DNA from: Lytechinus pictus
Lineage: Eukaryota
Length of the DNA: 64,000 bases
NCBI RefSeq assembly: GCF_037042905.1
Contig: NC_087252.1
Coordinates: 3,350,001 to 3,414,000 of the forward strand
Direction: 5' to 3'
Position 1 is the first letter of the stretch. Each line of letters opens with the position of its first letter. Shown piece by piece: positions 39,401-49,435 of the stretch. The notes below the pieces were generated by a model, which searched no databases, was not told the DNA's origin, and worked only from the letters and a program-made list of their open reading frames with translations. The position numbers and the translations under genes are program-made.

Positions 39401-42400
39401 ACATTTCCAGCACCCAATATTTGATTAGTGAGATACGTATTATGTTCATTATTCCAATGAAAAAGTCCTTCATGTGTTTAGGTGTAGTTAAAAAAAAAAT
39501 CAGCCAGCTCTTGGGGCTCGCATTACATAAACCATACGCCAAGATATTTATGCTCTTCATGAATTCCTACAAAAATAGTCTATCCAAATGTTTCTGTTTG
39601 GGGTCAATATAGACCTATATGTATGCTAAAATTTAAGGTCATGCTTCGCACCCGCACTGTTCGTTAGTGAGACAGGTACGTATCATGATTACCAAAATTT
39701 GCTTACATTTTCCCTTTTTAAGGTCTCGGTATCCATGATATCAGAAATTTTCAACTCGTGCTTCGCGCTCACGTTGTTTGATTAGTGAGATACATATCTG
39801 TTTAATATATCTGGCTATTTGAGCGCACCTCGCGCACCCACTAAGGACTCAACATTTTTTATGGTGCCCCGCCCCCATGCCGTGACCCACGGTACGCCAC
39901 TAAACATTGATATTCAGAAAGAATATTAACAGCAAAATGACTTACCAATTCTTTTTCTATAACCAATGATACCACAAACGCCTGCAATGAAAAGCACGAA
40001 GCTCAAACATCCAACGATAATTACAGTGTGCACTGGATTCCAATCTTCAAATGAATTTGAAAGAAAAAAACCATCGTAAGAACATTGCAAAGATATTTTT
40101 GTATTCATATCCAATATTATTTGGGGGTTTAGGGAGAATGACACCAATAAGGAGTTTATTTTATTGCCTTATGATGATACTGAAATTTGCATATATACAT
40201 TTTCCTGTTAGAATTTTTACATTTCATCGCTCGGTAGTCACTTTACCATGTTTACTAGTTATAAAACTGGTATGTCATTGCCATTGAGACCGCCACACTT
40301 CTCTAATAGCATACAGACATTACAGTTACATGTATATACCGAATAAGGGATAGCCAAAAGCATGGACGGAAATCCCAGGGATGCAGAGGGACGCCGCCCC
40401 CCCCCCCCCCCCGCCACACTTTTTGAAAGAGGGGTGGCACGATGTCAATGTTCCCCCTAATTTTTGTGGAAGGAATAAAACAGGAGGAGAAAGAAAGAAA
40501 AAGAAAGAGAAAAATAAGAGAAGGAAAAATAAGAGAGATTGAGGGAAAAAAGAATGACTAAAATAAAACAAAAATGCAGCTTTAATATAATATCAAGTTT
40601 TGAGGTCAATATGCAAAACATTTCTCGGAAATCGAGCATTCATTAGGCCCTACTATGTTTATTTACAAATTGACTTTTTTGAAAATTTTCTGTAAAATGT
40701 TTTATGGTCCGAATATCAACATTTTCAGCTCGCGCCGCCCGCAGGCAATATTTGATATGTTGAGAACCTAAACTCTTCGTGTATTCCATAAAGTTCTGAA
40801 ATTATCGCTTTTCAGATCTGATTGTCCAAACGTCTCAGCATGGGCTGCTTGGTCGCATTTTGATTGGCGAGTTACGTAAGCCTACATTGATTTTAACACA
40901 CCACTTGAAATTCCTCTTTCATGACAGTTTATCAAAATTTCGGCACGCGATTTGCATTCGCATTATTTTTGTTAAAAATGTATTCATCCATGAAACCTAT
41001 TCATAATTACGAAAGTGCTTGTAATTTCCAGTTTTACGCTCTCATTAGGCTCATTAGATTAATATGTAAGATAATATAATTTTCATGAATTCCTAATATA
41101 AATCAAATTCCTAATCGATATTCCATTTTAATGTCGACAAATTTCACCTCGCGCTATAGAAAGATTGTGGAGTGGAAACATTTCCGTCTATGGCCAAAAG
41201 AGCACACCTTTCCTGCGAAAGGTATTTCATGAATGTACAAGTCTCATTAATATCAACGATTGTATAAATTTGTAGAAAATTCATAAATATGCAAAACTAT
41301 AGTCGTAAGATTTATATAGTTTCAAAATCATCTTCAAACTCATAATAGAACATCGCAGTGTGTACAGCCCCCTTTAATACCCCGAAAGCCCTATAACGAT
41401 GATGATGATGATAATAATGATGATGACGGTGGTAATGGTGATGATGATGGTCATGATGATAATGATAATATTAATAATGATTATAATAATAATATTAATA
41501 ATAATGATAAGAATACTAATTATAATAATACTAATAATGATTAATATCATAATAATAATCATACCACTAATGATAATTATGTCAATGATATGATGCAAAT
41601 ATTTTTATAACGTTCCATATTTGCATTTTCCCCGATATAGCATTGCTGTCAATCAGGCTCTTTAGTGTTTTCTTGCCGGGTATCCGTTTCCCCCTCCTGA
41701 GTTGAGTGCAGCATATGAATATGTTACCGACCCTCGAATCTTGTGATCAATACAGCGGAGACACTATACTAAACAACGACACCTCTAATGTTGACAATAT
41801 TATGCAGTTGTGCAGTTAAGTGGATTACTTCACTTAAAAAATCAATATGTATTTCATGTATATTGGATTCGTATGCATCATACAAAAATCAAATGCATAC
41901 ACCCATGTACACACCCAGTTCGGGCTCATGCAAATTTTCAAAATGTTTCTATTTAAGAGAGTGTAGTAAAAAATTACCTGTTTTTTCAGTGGTAGAGATT
42001 AAAGTTGTGTTTGATGTGGCATTCATCGCATAGCCTGTGAATTGAGTTTTGAAAATATTCAAAAAGCCATATTGATGAGTCTACATAATGTATAGTAAAG
42101 GGTCTTCTATTGACAAACGCTGATAAAGTAAAGAAATATTATTCACCCCGTAACTTTATCAAGTCTAAAAATTAGTTCGAACTTCATTAATTTTACATGC
42201 CTGTAATTTATTTTGTAGACGTCAATACGCACTAATCCTTTTAACCCTAAATTTTTAAGGTGTTGAGACACTAAGAGTTCCTTGAAATATTTCGAAAGGT
42301 TACAGGATAATAAGAAATAACACAATCGCAAATACATATATTATGACATGATGATATTACAACGATAAAGTTTAAAATGAAAAAATGTGATAAAAAATAA

Positions 42401-42906
42401 GAGACTCATAGTAGAAATAGCGACATTAGAAGGAGTAGTACAAATTCTTGTAAAATCATGTAAAAATATGGAAGAAATAAACAATGCAAAAAAAAAGTTG
42501 GTTAGTAATCAAAATTGTATTAATGGTGATTCTGATTCGGATAATATAACAGCCAGAAAATTCCACGTTGGTGTCAATATTCATATTCGTCATAGTGGAG
42601 GTGCCGTGGCCGAGTAGTCTACGGCGCCTGGCTATACATGGAAAGTCCGGGGTTCGATCCCCGGCCGCGGCACCTATGCCCGTGAGCAAGGCATTTAATC
42701 TACAATGCTCTTTTATCCTGCTTTCAAACAGATGAAAATGCTATGTGCATTACTGGTAACTAGGTGTGCACTTGTCAAAAATGAAAAGAATATTCATATT
42801 CATGAGGATGATGATCTATTATTTATAAATCAATAACGATCAATATAATTATGATTTTAATGACGATGATTTTCATATTAATAATGACATAATAATAATA
42901 ATAATA

Positions 42907-42941
<35 letters not shown>

Positions 42942-45900
42942 CCGCATTTATATAGCGCTTAATACATCGGAACGACGTCTCTTAGCGCTTTACAGACAAA
43001 TTATTACCCCGGTCATCGGATCCTTGCATGCCCGCATACAATGTATGCACCTTCTCCATTCCCTGGGGAGCATTCCAACAAGAGTTCCAAGACTCAATTG
43101 CTAGGCATACTACATATAGGCTTTCACATCCTACCGGGTACCCATTTAACACCTGGGTAGAGAGTGGCAAAGTTTGGATTAACGCCTTGCAAAAGGACGC
43201 TAGGCCATAGTTGGATTCAAACACACGACCCTCTGATTACAAGGCGAGAGTCAGAACCGCTACGCTACGCTTCCGTCGTTGTGTAGATTATGATACATAT
43301 AATTATGATACATATAATTTTTAATTTCTTATAATGATCATGAACATTTGAGTTTTTGAAATTTGCAAAACCTAACTAAAAATAAATATTATAGGTCAAT
43401 CTTTTAACGAGCAATTGCTAAGTGATAATAAAAAAAACATTCATAATCAAGAATATTAACCTTTCGACTGTCCATAGTTAGCTGTGTTTGAATGACTATA
43501 GTAGAGGCTCGTCAAAGGACTGTTTCCGACAGTTGTGGGTTCTAAATTACGTAATACAAAACACACGTTGACATGAAAATACATTCAACACCAGACGAAA
43601 ATGTAATATGTAAATGAAATACAAGTCATGTAAAAACTAAAAATGTGATGATAATAATGAAAACATAAATTATAAATGTGTTAAAGGATAATTTCCACTA
43701 TGACGATTGTGAAGTGGAAAAACATGAATGAATGAATGAACGAATGAATGAATTCATGGTTATATATAACCCTATTGCGCGTCACCGTATAAATTTACTT
43801 AATAAAAATCCGTAATAGTTTTCTCTTTTACTATAATGTGATTTTGAATCATAAACTACAATATTTCGTTAATATTAAGTTTCGACTGTATCAAATTATA
43901 CACGAATCGAAGTAAATGTTAAAAAAGGGGGTTGAATTTAAAACTATAAGGATGACCCTAGTCCGTGTTTCGTCCTTCACCAAATATCTTTGGTTGATTG
44001 AATATACCTGTAATATAAAACAAATATAATTCTCACTCCCATCTGCATTGAGCAATGCACAAATTCATTTAAATGATATAGCAATATTTGAGGGTTATTT
44101 AATGGGAAATAGTTTTAACTCCTTATTATAATTGTGTCAAGATAAAAATATGTACACGAACTCACCATGCGCACCTTTCTTTTTTATGATAACGGATGCA
44201 TTGATTTGGCTGGAATTTTTGACGATACAAACGAGCTCTATTTCACCGTCATCGTCATCCATATAAGTTGGTGAGAAGTCTATAGTTAGTGTTGGCAAAG
44301 TAAGTCTAGTATCATTTGAGTCATTAAGAAACGTTGACGATTGAAGGATATCCTTCAACATGTTCATGCCCTTTAGGATCTTCCACTCCAGGTCCACAGG
44401 TGGTTTCACTGACGTATTGGTCTTACAGACTAACGTCTTGTTTCCCCCTTCTTTTACAACGATTGATCCTCCTTTAGGAATGACTTTACCATACCGGTTA
44501 TCTTCGACCAACGTCAACCCTTTTGCTGGAACTAGTACACGGTAAAAATGAATTGATAGAGAGGGGGAAATAGAGACCAGTAAAATGCTGACCCGTTTTG
44601 ATATTGACTTATGAACATCATTGATGTCAAATTCTGCTTCTGATTATTATCTTGTGAAATTCACAAAATTACTTTGGAATTTGACTTCTTCAGAGACTCA
44701 TTGCAAGGTCATATACGAGTGGGCACATAGTAGACAAAATCGTTTAAAATCTCTCTTACCCCTTCCCATTCCCCAATTAGGTGAATGCATACAAGTATAA
44801 GATAGTCAAATTCTAAAGTATTTTGCTATTTTCCCCCGAAATAATAGTCAGAAATATTAACGTTCGTTCCAGCGAGAATGCTGATGGAAAATTATCACGT
44901 AAAGCCAAACATAAAACCTAACCTTCAAGACTAAATAAACAATAATAATTATCTTAGCATAGTTCTCAATCAAAAGCTATAATAAAATCATATTTCTCTA
45001 ACCCAATGCCCTCCGACATATCATAACCAGAGCAAATTCGTGTCACCATCTGAACAGTACAAATACATGTATTATTTTTACAAATACTCTCAAAGTATAG
45101 TTTCTCTTAAATGTTAGTTTAAAAAATAATTTGAGCATTACTCTCTAATTTATCAAATGGATTTTAATTCTTGAACATAACATGATTTGGTTTTATTAAA
45201 ATTGATCAAACGAAAATAGTAAATAAATTTTGAAAGAAGGAATTTAGGAGTCAGGGAATACACTTTGCAAATTTAGATTTAACCTCGGATTAATGTTATC
45301 AGCAAAAGGAACACGAAAACCTACTTCAAGGGATAGCTTTTATCTTGGATGAATAACATCAATTTCATCGTTTCATTCAACTTTGTGCATTATGTTTTGG
45401 TAACTTTTTAATTTAAACAATGGAATGAACAAGGATGACATTGTGAAAAGTGAAAAAATGTCAAAGATTTTTTTTTTAAAGGAATTAGATCCATTTCAGT
45501 TTATGAAATGAACAAGAATACCATTTAATAATGGTAATAAGTACAAACGCCTTTGCCCCAGATTATTACTACTGTGTCCACCTCTACTTCATCAAGGATT
45601 TATAAATTATATCTGGAAAATGTGGCGAATGTATTAAATATTTTGATGCTATTTTGTTAATCGTATAAAAAGTGATTTTACCATTAACAGTCAACTTGAA
45701 ATCACACGTTTCCTTATCGTTATCACTTGTCCAATCGAATAAGTATTCACCTTCATGAATCAACGAAACGTTCCGTATTGTTAAATTAGTGGAGGTTAAT
45801 ACCGAAATATTTTTTTCACAGTCAACCGTTATTGAACTGCAGCTGAAAAATATTGAGCCATCGCTTCGCTTCAACTTTATACCAAGATCGCCAGTTGTGT

Positions 45901-46764
45901 CGTTTGGGAGGCAGTGTAGACTGACGTTCTTTCCAGCTTGTACTGTTATATTTACAGCTTGGTCTCCACCTTTAAAATACAAACATTTTAATGTTTTACG
46001 TATAACCAAATCATTTACTATCATTTGAAGCACTTATTACTGACCTACATGCATTAATATGGATCTTGTATCACTGTGGTATCAATATACTCAAAACTTA
46101 AAACAATAATGAAATGGGGAAAATTGTTTTAAAGGTTCTCTCAATTATTTATCACTTAAATAGTACACATATATTATTGTTGATATTTACTAATAGTAAT
46201 TTTAAATGCATGAATATCTGCAATGTTGCAATAACGAATGTCTTTGTCACAACCGGTGTTGTGAATGCAACACCGGAGGTCACTGATATGGATTTGAAGT
46301 TTTTTTAACAAAGTAACTTTGTTCAAATTAATGCTTTTAACTGTACTCCTTACGGTGTTGCAACACAAAATTGAGAACGAGTATGATAATCACCCTTTCT
46401 TTGATCATGTTTCTGTAACTGTTCTCAGTTTTAAGAAAAGGGTATATTAATATGACCACAATTAAGTAGCCTGACATGAGGACGATCGAGGTTATGAATA
46501 CAAAACATAGTCTAGATTTCAACTTAGACTTCTATTGATATTAAACATAAATGAAATCAGAGATAAGACTTGCTGAGTCTAGTCACAATTGATTGTATAA
46601 TTACCCATATTCTACAGACCTAATAATTTTTTTTTTTTTTTTTTTTTTTTTTGGGGGGGGGGGGTCAAATTGCATAGCGTCATAACTACTAAGGAACAAC
46701 GAGAGATATGCTTACCTAAAACGTAACTTATAGATCCAATTATGAAGAAAGATAACTTCCACAT
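30406..46764 (-). CDS. 12-exon type I IgSF receptor (SP-IgV-IgC2-stalk-TM-Pro-rich/ITIM-like tail), predicted 511 aa
   Basis: Exons 46716-46764, 45682-45969, 44166-44531, 41978-42034, 39946-40044, 35289-35530, 33389-33478, 32727-32798, 32381-32488, 31760-31837, 30606-30620, 30406-30477. All introns are GT-AG, phases are compatible, and the 1536 nt run open from ATG to TAA. Confidence 0.82.
30606..30620 (-). CDS. IgSF receptor 15-nt microexon
   Basis: aatttctctag|GTGTTGCCTAAAGGT|gtaagt; VLPKG, phase 0-0. Confidence 0.55.
31760..31837 (-). CDS. IgSF receptor tail exon B2
   Basis: ctattgag|GCT...AAG|gtagca; AEYAVVSKPGNEKKAQSLVSHAEIEK. Confidence 0.7.
32381..32488 (-). CDS. IgSF receptor tail exon A2
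   Basis: ttctctacag|CGA...CTG|gtaaat; RTEEEYDDSDYDLLNPSSLTVSSTVPHVYRESHTGL. Confidence 0.8.
32727..32798 (-). CDS. IgSF receptor tail exon B1
   Basis: ttattacag|GCG...AAG|gtgatg; AEYAQVSRQNIDKKEKDSRHPAKK. Confidence 0.75.
32835..33135 (-). mobile_element. tRNA-derived SINE (family B), intronic
   Basis: Reverse complement starts gagcgttgtggcccagcgg (A box) ... ggttcgaatccc (B box) and ends in a (tat)n tail. Confidence 0.85.
33389..33478 (-). CDS. IgSF receptor tail exon A1
   Basis: ttctgatatag|GAT...TTG|gtaaat; DPDTGLDYDLLNHGFSWAVPHVYRETASGL. Confidence 0.8.
33608..34273 (+). repeat. Intronic direct duplication (~200 bp, 33608-33808 vs 34081-34273)
   Basis: ggctagagatattcgttcga...ttcaatttgatattgctgattgacaaaagtg...ggaagatatatcaatgactttgg occurs twice. 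Confidence 0.8.
34291..34450. mobile_element. Palindromic MITE (Harbinger-like)
   Basis: ggcccgtttcata...ctgttgtaactttgccattat versus ataatgacaaagttacaacag...ataaaacgagccc. Confidence 0.65.
35289..35530 (-). CDS. IgSF receptor proline-rich cytoplasmic exon
   Basis: ctttccgtag|TC...AGG|gtttgt, phase 1->0. Contains RTLPDRP and RPVPSLP (RxxPxxP). Confidence 0.75.
36602..38645. mobile_element. Tc1/mariner-type non-autonomous element, TA TSD, with a nested MITE at 36948-37079
   Basis: ta|cacaacaaaaaaagtaagtcccccc ... ggggggacttactttttttgttgtg|ta, with further imperfect inverted similarity inward. Confidence 0.8.
38744..39902. mobile_element. Non-autonomous hAT-like element, 8-bp TSD
   Basis: cagtggtgtaac ... 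ggtacgccacta, flanked by aacactga / aacattga. Confidence 0.72.
39946..40044 (-). CDS. IgSF receptor transmembrane exon
   Basis: catttgaag|AT...ATTG|gtaagt; DWNPVHT-VIIVGCLSFVLFIAGVCGIIGY-RKRI, phase 1-1. Confidence 0.85.
40361..41192. mobile_element. Non-autonomous hAT-like element with perfect 8-bp TSD
   Basis: catggacggaaat ... atttccgtctatg, with gccaaaag at 40353-40360 and 41193-41200. Confidence 0.8.
41398..41592. repeat. (ATG/ATA)n trinucleotide microsatellite
   Basis: Degenerate gat/aat runs. Confidence 0.9.
41978..42034 (-). CDS. IgSF receptor S/T-rich stalk exon
   Basis: caattcacag|GC...ACAG|gtaatt; GYAMNATSNTTLISTTEKT, 57 nt, phase 1-1. Confidence 0.7.
42595..42788 (+). mobile_element. 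tRNA-derived SINE (family A) with candidate TSD
   Basis: gtggccgagtag (A box) and ggttcgatccc (B box). aatattcatattc occurs on both sides. Confidence 0.85.
42900..43272 (-). mobile_element. tRNA-derived SINE (family C) with L2-like tail and (tta)n end
   Basis: Reverse complement has a tRNA-like head (gtagcggttctgactctcgccttgtaatcagagggtcgtgtgtttgaatcc) and the tail taagcgctatataaatgcgga(tta)n. Confidence 0.85.
44166..44531 (-). CDS. IgSF receptor Ig domain 2 (C2/C1-like)
   Basis: gtgtactag|TT...CATG|gtgagt, 366 nt, phase 1-1. Motifs KTLVC, KPPVDLEW and ELVCIV. Confidence 0.88.
45682..45969 (-). CDS. IgSF receptor Ig domain 1 (atypical V-set)
   Basis: tattttaaag|GT...AATG|gtaaaa, 288 nt, phase 1-1. 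Motifs GKNVSLHC, NLTIRNVSLIHEGEY and FKLTV. Confidence 0.88.
46716..46764 (-). CDS. IgSF receptor signal-peptide exon
   Basis: ATG...TTAG|gtaagc; MWKLSFFIIGSISYVL(G), phase 1. Confidence 0.8.
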
Positions 46765-47289
46765 GATTAGTTAGGTTTGTTTCCAGTTTAAATGGATCAA
46801 ATAATCGTGTAACAAAAGGAAGCGGTAATACATGTAGGTTGCAAAATAAATACTTGTCGTATTATGACAGTTCTGATCGGCAGAATACGACATATTGTTT
46901 GGTGTTGGCGCCCTTTACCTAAAATACCAACATGTTATTATAATCTACAAATTAAACCATGTCATTAATTTCAAAGTATAATCAATAAAATATGATATAG
47001 CCAAAATATTTATTGAATGCCATTTCTCAAAGGAAACAAAGCCCAATTTCGAGGTTTTTTTTTTTTTTTTAAATACAGTATGTTGTGTCAAAATAATGTT
47101 TGGGCAGCTATCCAGCACAAAAGGTGAAAAAAGAAAAGATAAAAATCATCCCCACAGCCGTTACGGATTATGCACATTGCTAATTTCCCAATGCCTCTTT
47201 TTAATGCAACGTAAAAGGATAAGTATGGAAAATCAGGTCAAATGTAATTAAAATACCCCGATAAAGTACCCTATCCAAGCTATTTCACT

Positions 47290-47760
47290 AAACCCATAAT
47301 GTGAAACACCCGAAAATCGCATTCACAATATATATAATTGAAAAGGGAGAAGACTACTCAATACCATTCTTCGACGTTATTGTCACATGTGAACCAAGCA
47401 ACCTCCTCTCACACGAGGTCTCCTACGATCCAACCAAGACAAGCAACGCCACTTTCAGTCATTCCATCGCCCTTTTGTCAACCTGTTTATCCCCAGAACA
47501 TTGGTCAAGAGGGCACCATTAATGATGACAACCATCATATAGGAGGGCTTGAACAACTCAAGTCTAATCTCATAACCCTTAACGTTTATTCCCGCACAAG
47601 ATCAAGACCAAATCTACTCCACCCCGCAGCAAGGATCCAGCCAATAAGTTCTACCCTGTTCAGGCCCTACATCCCACAAAGTTCAGCTTATTTTCAAGTC
47701 AGTGAAAATTGAAGTGGGACGCATATCTTCCAACGCCCTATAATGATACGCCTCGAAGAA
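47290..47760 (+). mobile_element. Decayed Penelope-like element RT fragment
   Basis: HPKIAFT...EKGEDYSIPFFDVIV resembles the PLE motif HPNIKFTxExExxxxLPFLDV. A downstream PYIP is also present. Confidence 0.6.
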
Positions 47761-48172
47761 ATTTTGTCAGCCAAAAATGAAATAACAATTTTGAGTGGTT
47801 AAAAGCAGAATAGTACATCAATACTGCCAAATTTAAATTGCCAAAGCTTATAGTTGACTTGTTCAGAGCTTGAACGCTGCTTTTCTTTGTACAAATGTCC
47901 CACTTGGCACAGTTCCTTAAGTCAAAAGAGAAAGATTCATCTAAAGAGACACGCTGTATATTTGCAAATAAGCAAGTAAATTTGCATATTATGTCGATAT
48001 AGTAAAAACAAGTATTTAGGAATGAATATTACCCCGAATCGCTCTAAATTGAAAACATATACTTTGGGTAAGAAAAGCAAGAAAATTGTCATACAATTAT
48101 TGGGATATCCTTGTTTACTATTACCTAATTTACATGAATTATGACAATTATAATATAAAAAAGAGTACTTTT

Positions 48173-49180
48173 TGTTGCGATACTGCAACAAATAACAATC
48201 AAAAATTAAGATTTAAAATTTAAACTTGGTTTCCTTTTTTTATTACAGGAAATAAATCATGTAATTAAACAAAATAAAACCAAACAATGATCTTACATCA
48301 ATCTCTTGAGGTGACAGATGTGAAATATATCTGAGTAATAATCCAAGTTGTTTGGCGAAGATTCCGTAAATTAAAGTTCACAATGATGGCGATGATGAAA
48401 CTGATGTTGAAGTACGATGAATAAGATGAGTCACTGTAACGAGTTGAAATGTCCTTGAAGACGATGTTGATGGTGATAAACAGTCAATTTCAGCAATCCA
48501 TGGGTTGAAAAGCGTTCATTAAACAGGTTGATGATCTCGATGTGAACTGAGAATTCCTCTCTCAAAATAACTGCAAACAGTTCATTGACGGCGGGTAAAT
48601 AATTCCACAGAAGATGAATATTCCAGGTAGAAATAAAGTCTGCTCTGACATAAAGTCTGGCATGAAACTCTGAGTTCTGCTCTGATATGATGATGTCCTT
48701 GAAGAAACTGCAGCTTATATATACAAATTTCATCTATTCTAGAAGCTTCTAGTATTCACTCTTCTGGAAGCTTCTGGTATTGTCTTTAAAAAGAACATTC
48801 TGCCCATTTCAAGAGTAGTCTACATTTAAAACACTCTTGAATGACCTCATTGAAAACAACAATGTCAACAAAATAGCTTTTCCTATTGTCCATTTCCACT
48901 ACCAAAACAAGTCTATTATAAAGCAATCTCTATTCAGAAATAACAAAGAGTACTCAAAGTTCTATGTTATAAATATCCTTAAAGAGGAAATAACTAAATA
49001 AATGAATGTAATTGCTTTTACAATTATTCTTATATATAACACCTCCCCCACCGGGGAAAAGAAAACTTTACTGTAGTAAAGGTTTCTTTAAGATTACTTC
49101 TTGTTCTTAAACTTTTCAAAGTCATCTTGATAAATCATTTACAATATTGTGTACAGAGGTATAGTACTTACAAACATATG
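48173..49180 (-). mobile_element. 3' LTR (48173-49041) with adjacent polypurine tract and a short internal remnant
   Basis: Reverse-complement homolog of 24357-25286. ggtgggggagg lies immediately 5' of TGTTATAT on the minus strand. Confidence 0.8.
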
Positions 49181-49184
49181 TGTG

Positions 49185-49435
49185 GCGTCGCGCAAAAACC
49201 AGACTATTGGTGAGAGACAATAAATGCGCTAGGACGTCATTTAAATACGCGTGTCATCAAACTTTTGTTTGGCGCGCGTTGCGAGGAAAAACAAAACAAA
49301 CAACCCGCGGGAAATAAAAAAAAATGTCAGGCGCATTTTTATTTTTTAGAACTGAGGATATCGGCTCGATATATTTGGTGGCGGGTTCGGATACATGTTG
49401 ATTGAATTTAATTCCCTTGGCTGAAATCCATGAAG
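49185..49435 (+). promoter_or_regulatory. CpG-rich promoter-like patch ending in a strong splice donor
   Basis: Dense CpG (ggcgcgcg, cccgcggg), attgg and gacgtca motifs, and AAG|gtaagt at 49435/49436. Confidence 0.3.

Noticed and set aside
41374..41598. Poly-Ile/Met hydrophobic ORFs (also 4576-4770, 19221-19481)
   Set aside because: Translations of microsatellites.
42595..42680. tRNA genes (also 20500-20581, 33060-33135, 43200-43272)
   Set aside because: The A/B boxes run into family-shared bodies and simple-repeat tails, so these are SINE heads.
24357..49041. Single full-length LTR retrotransposon spanning both LTR copies
   Set aside because: The copies are inverted, the first has its own TSD on both sides, and no gag/pol lies between them.
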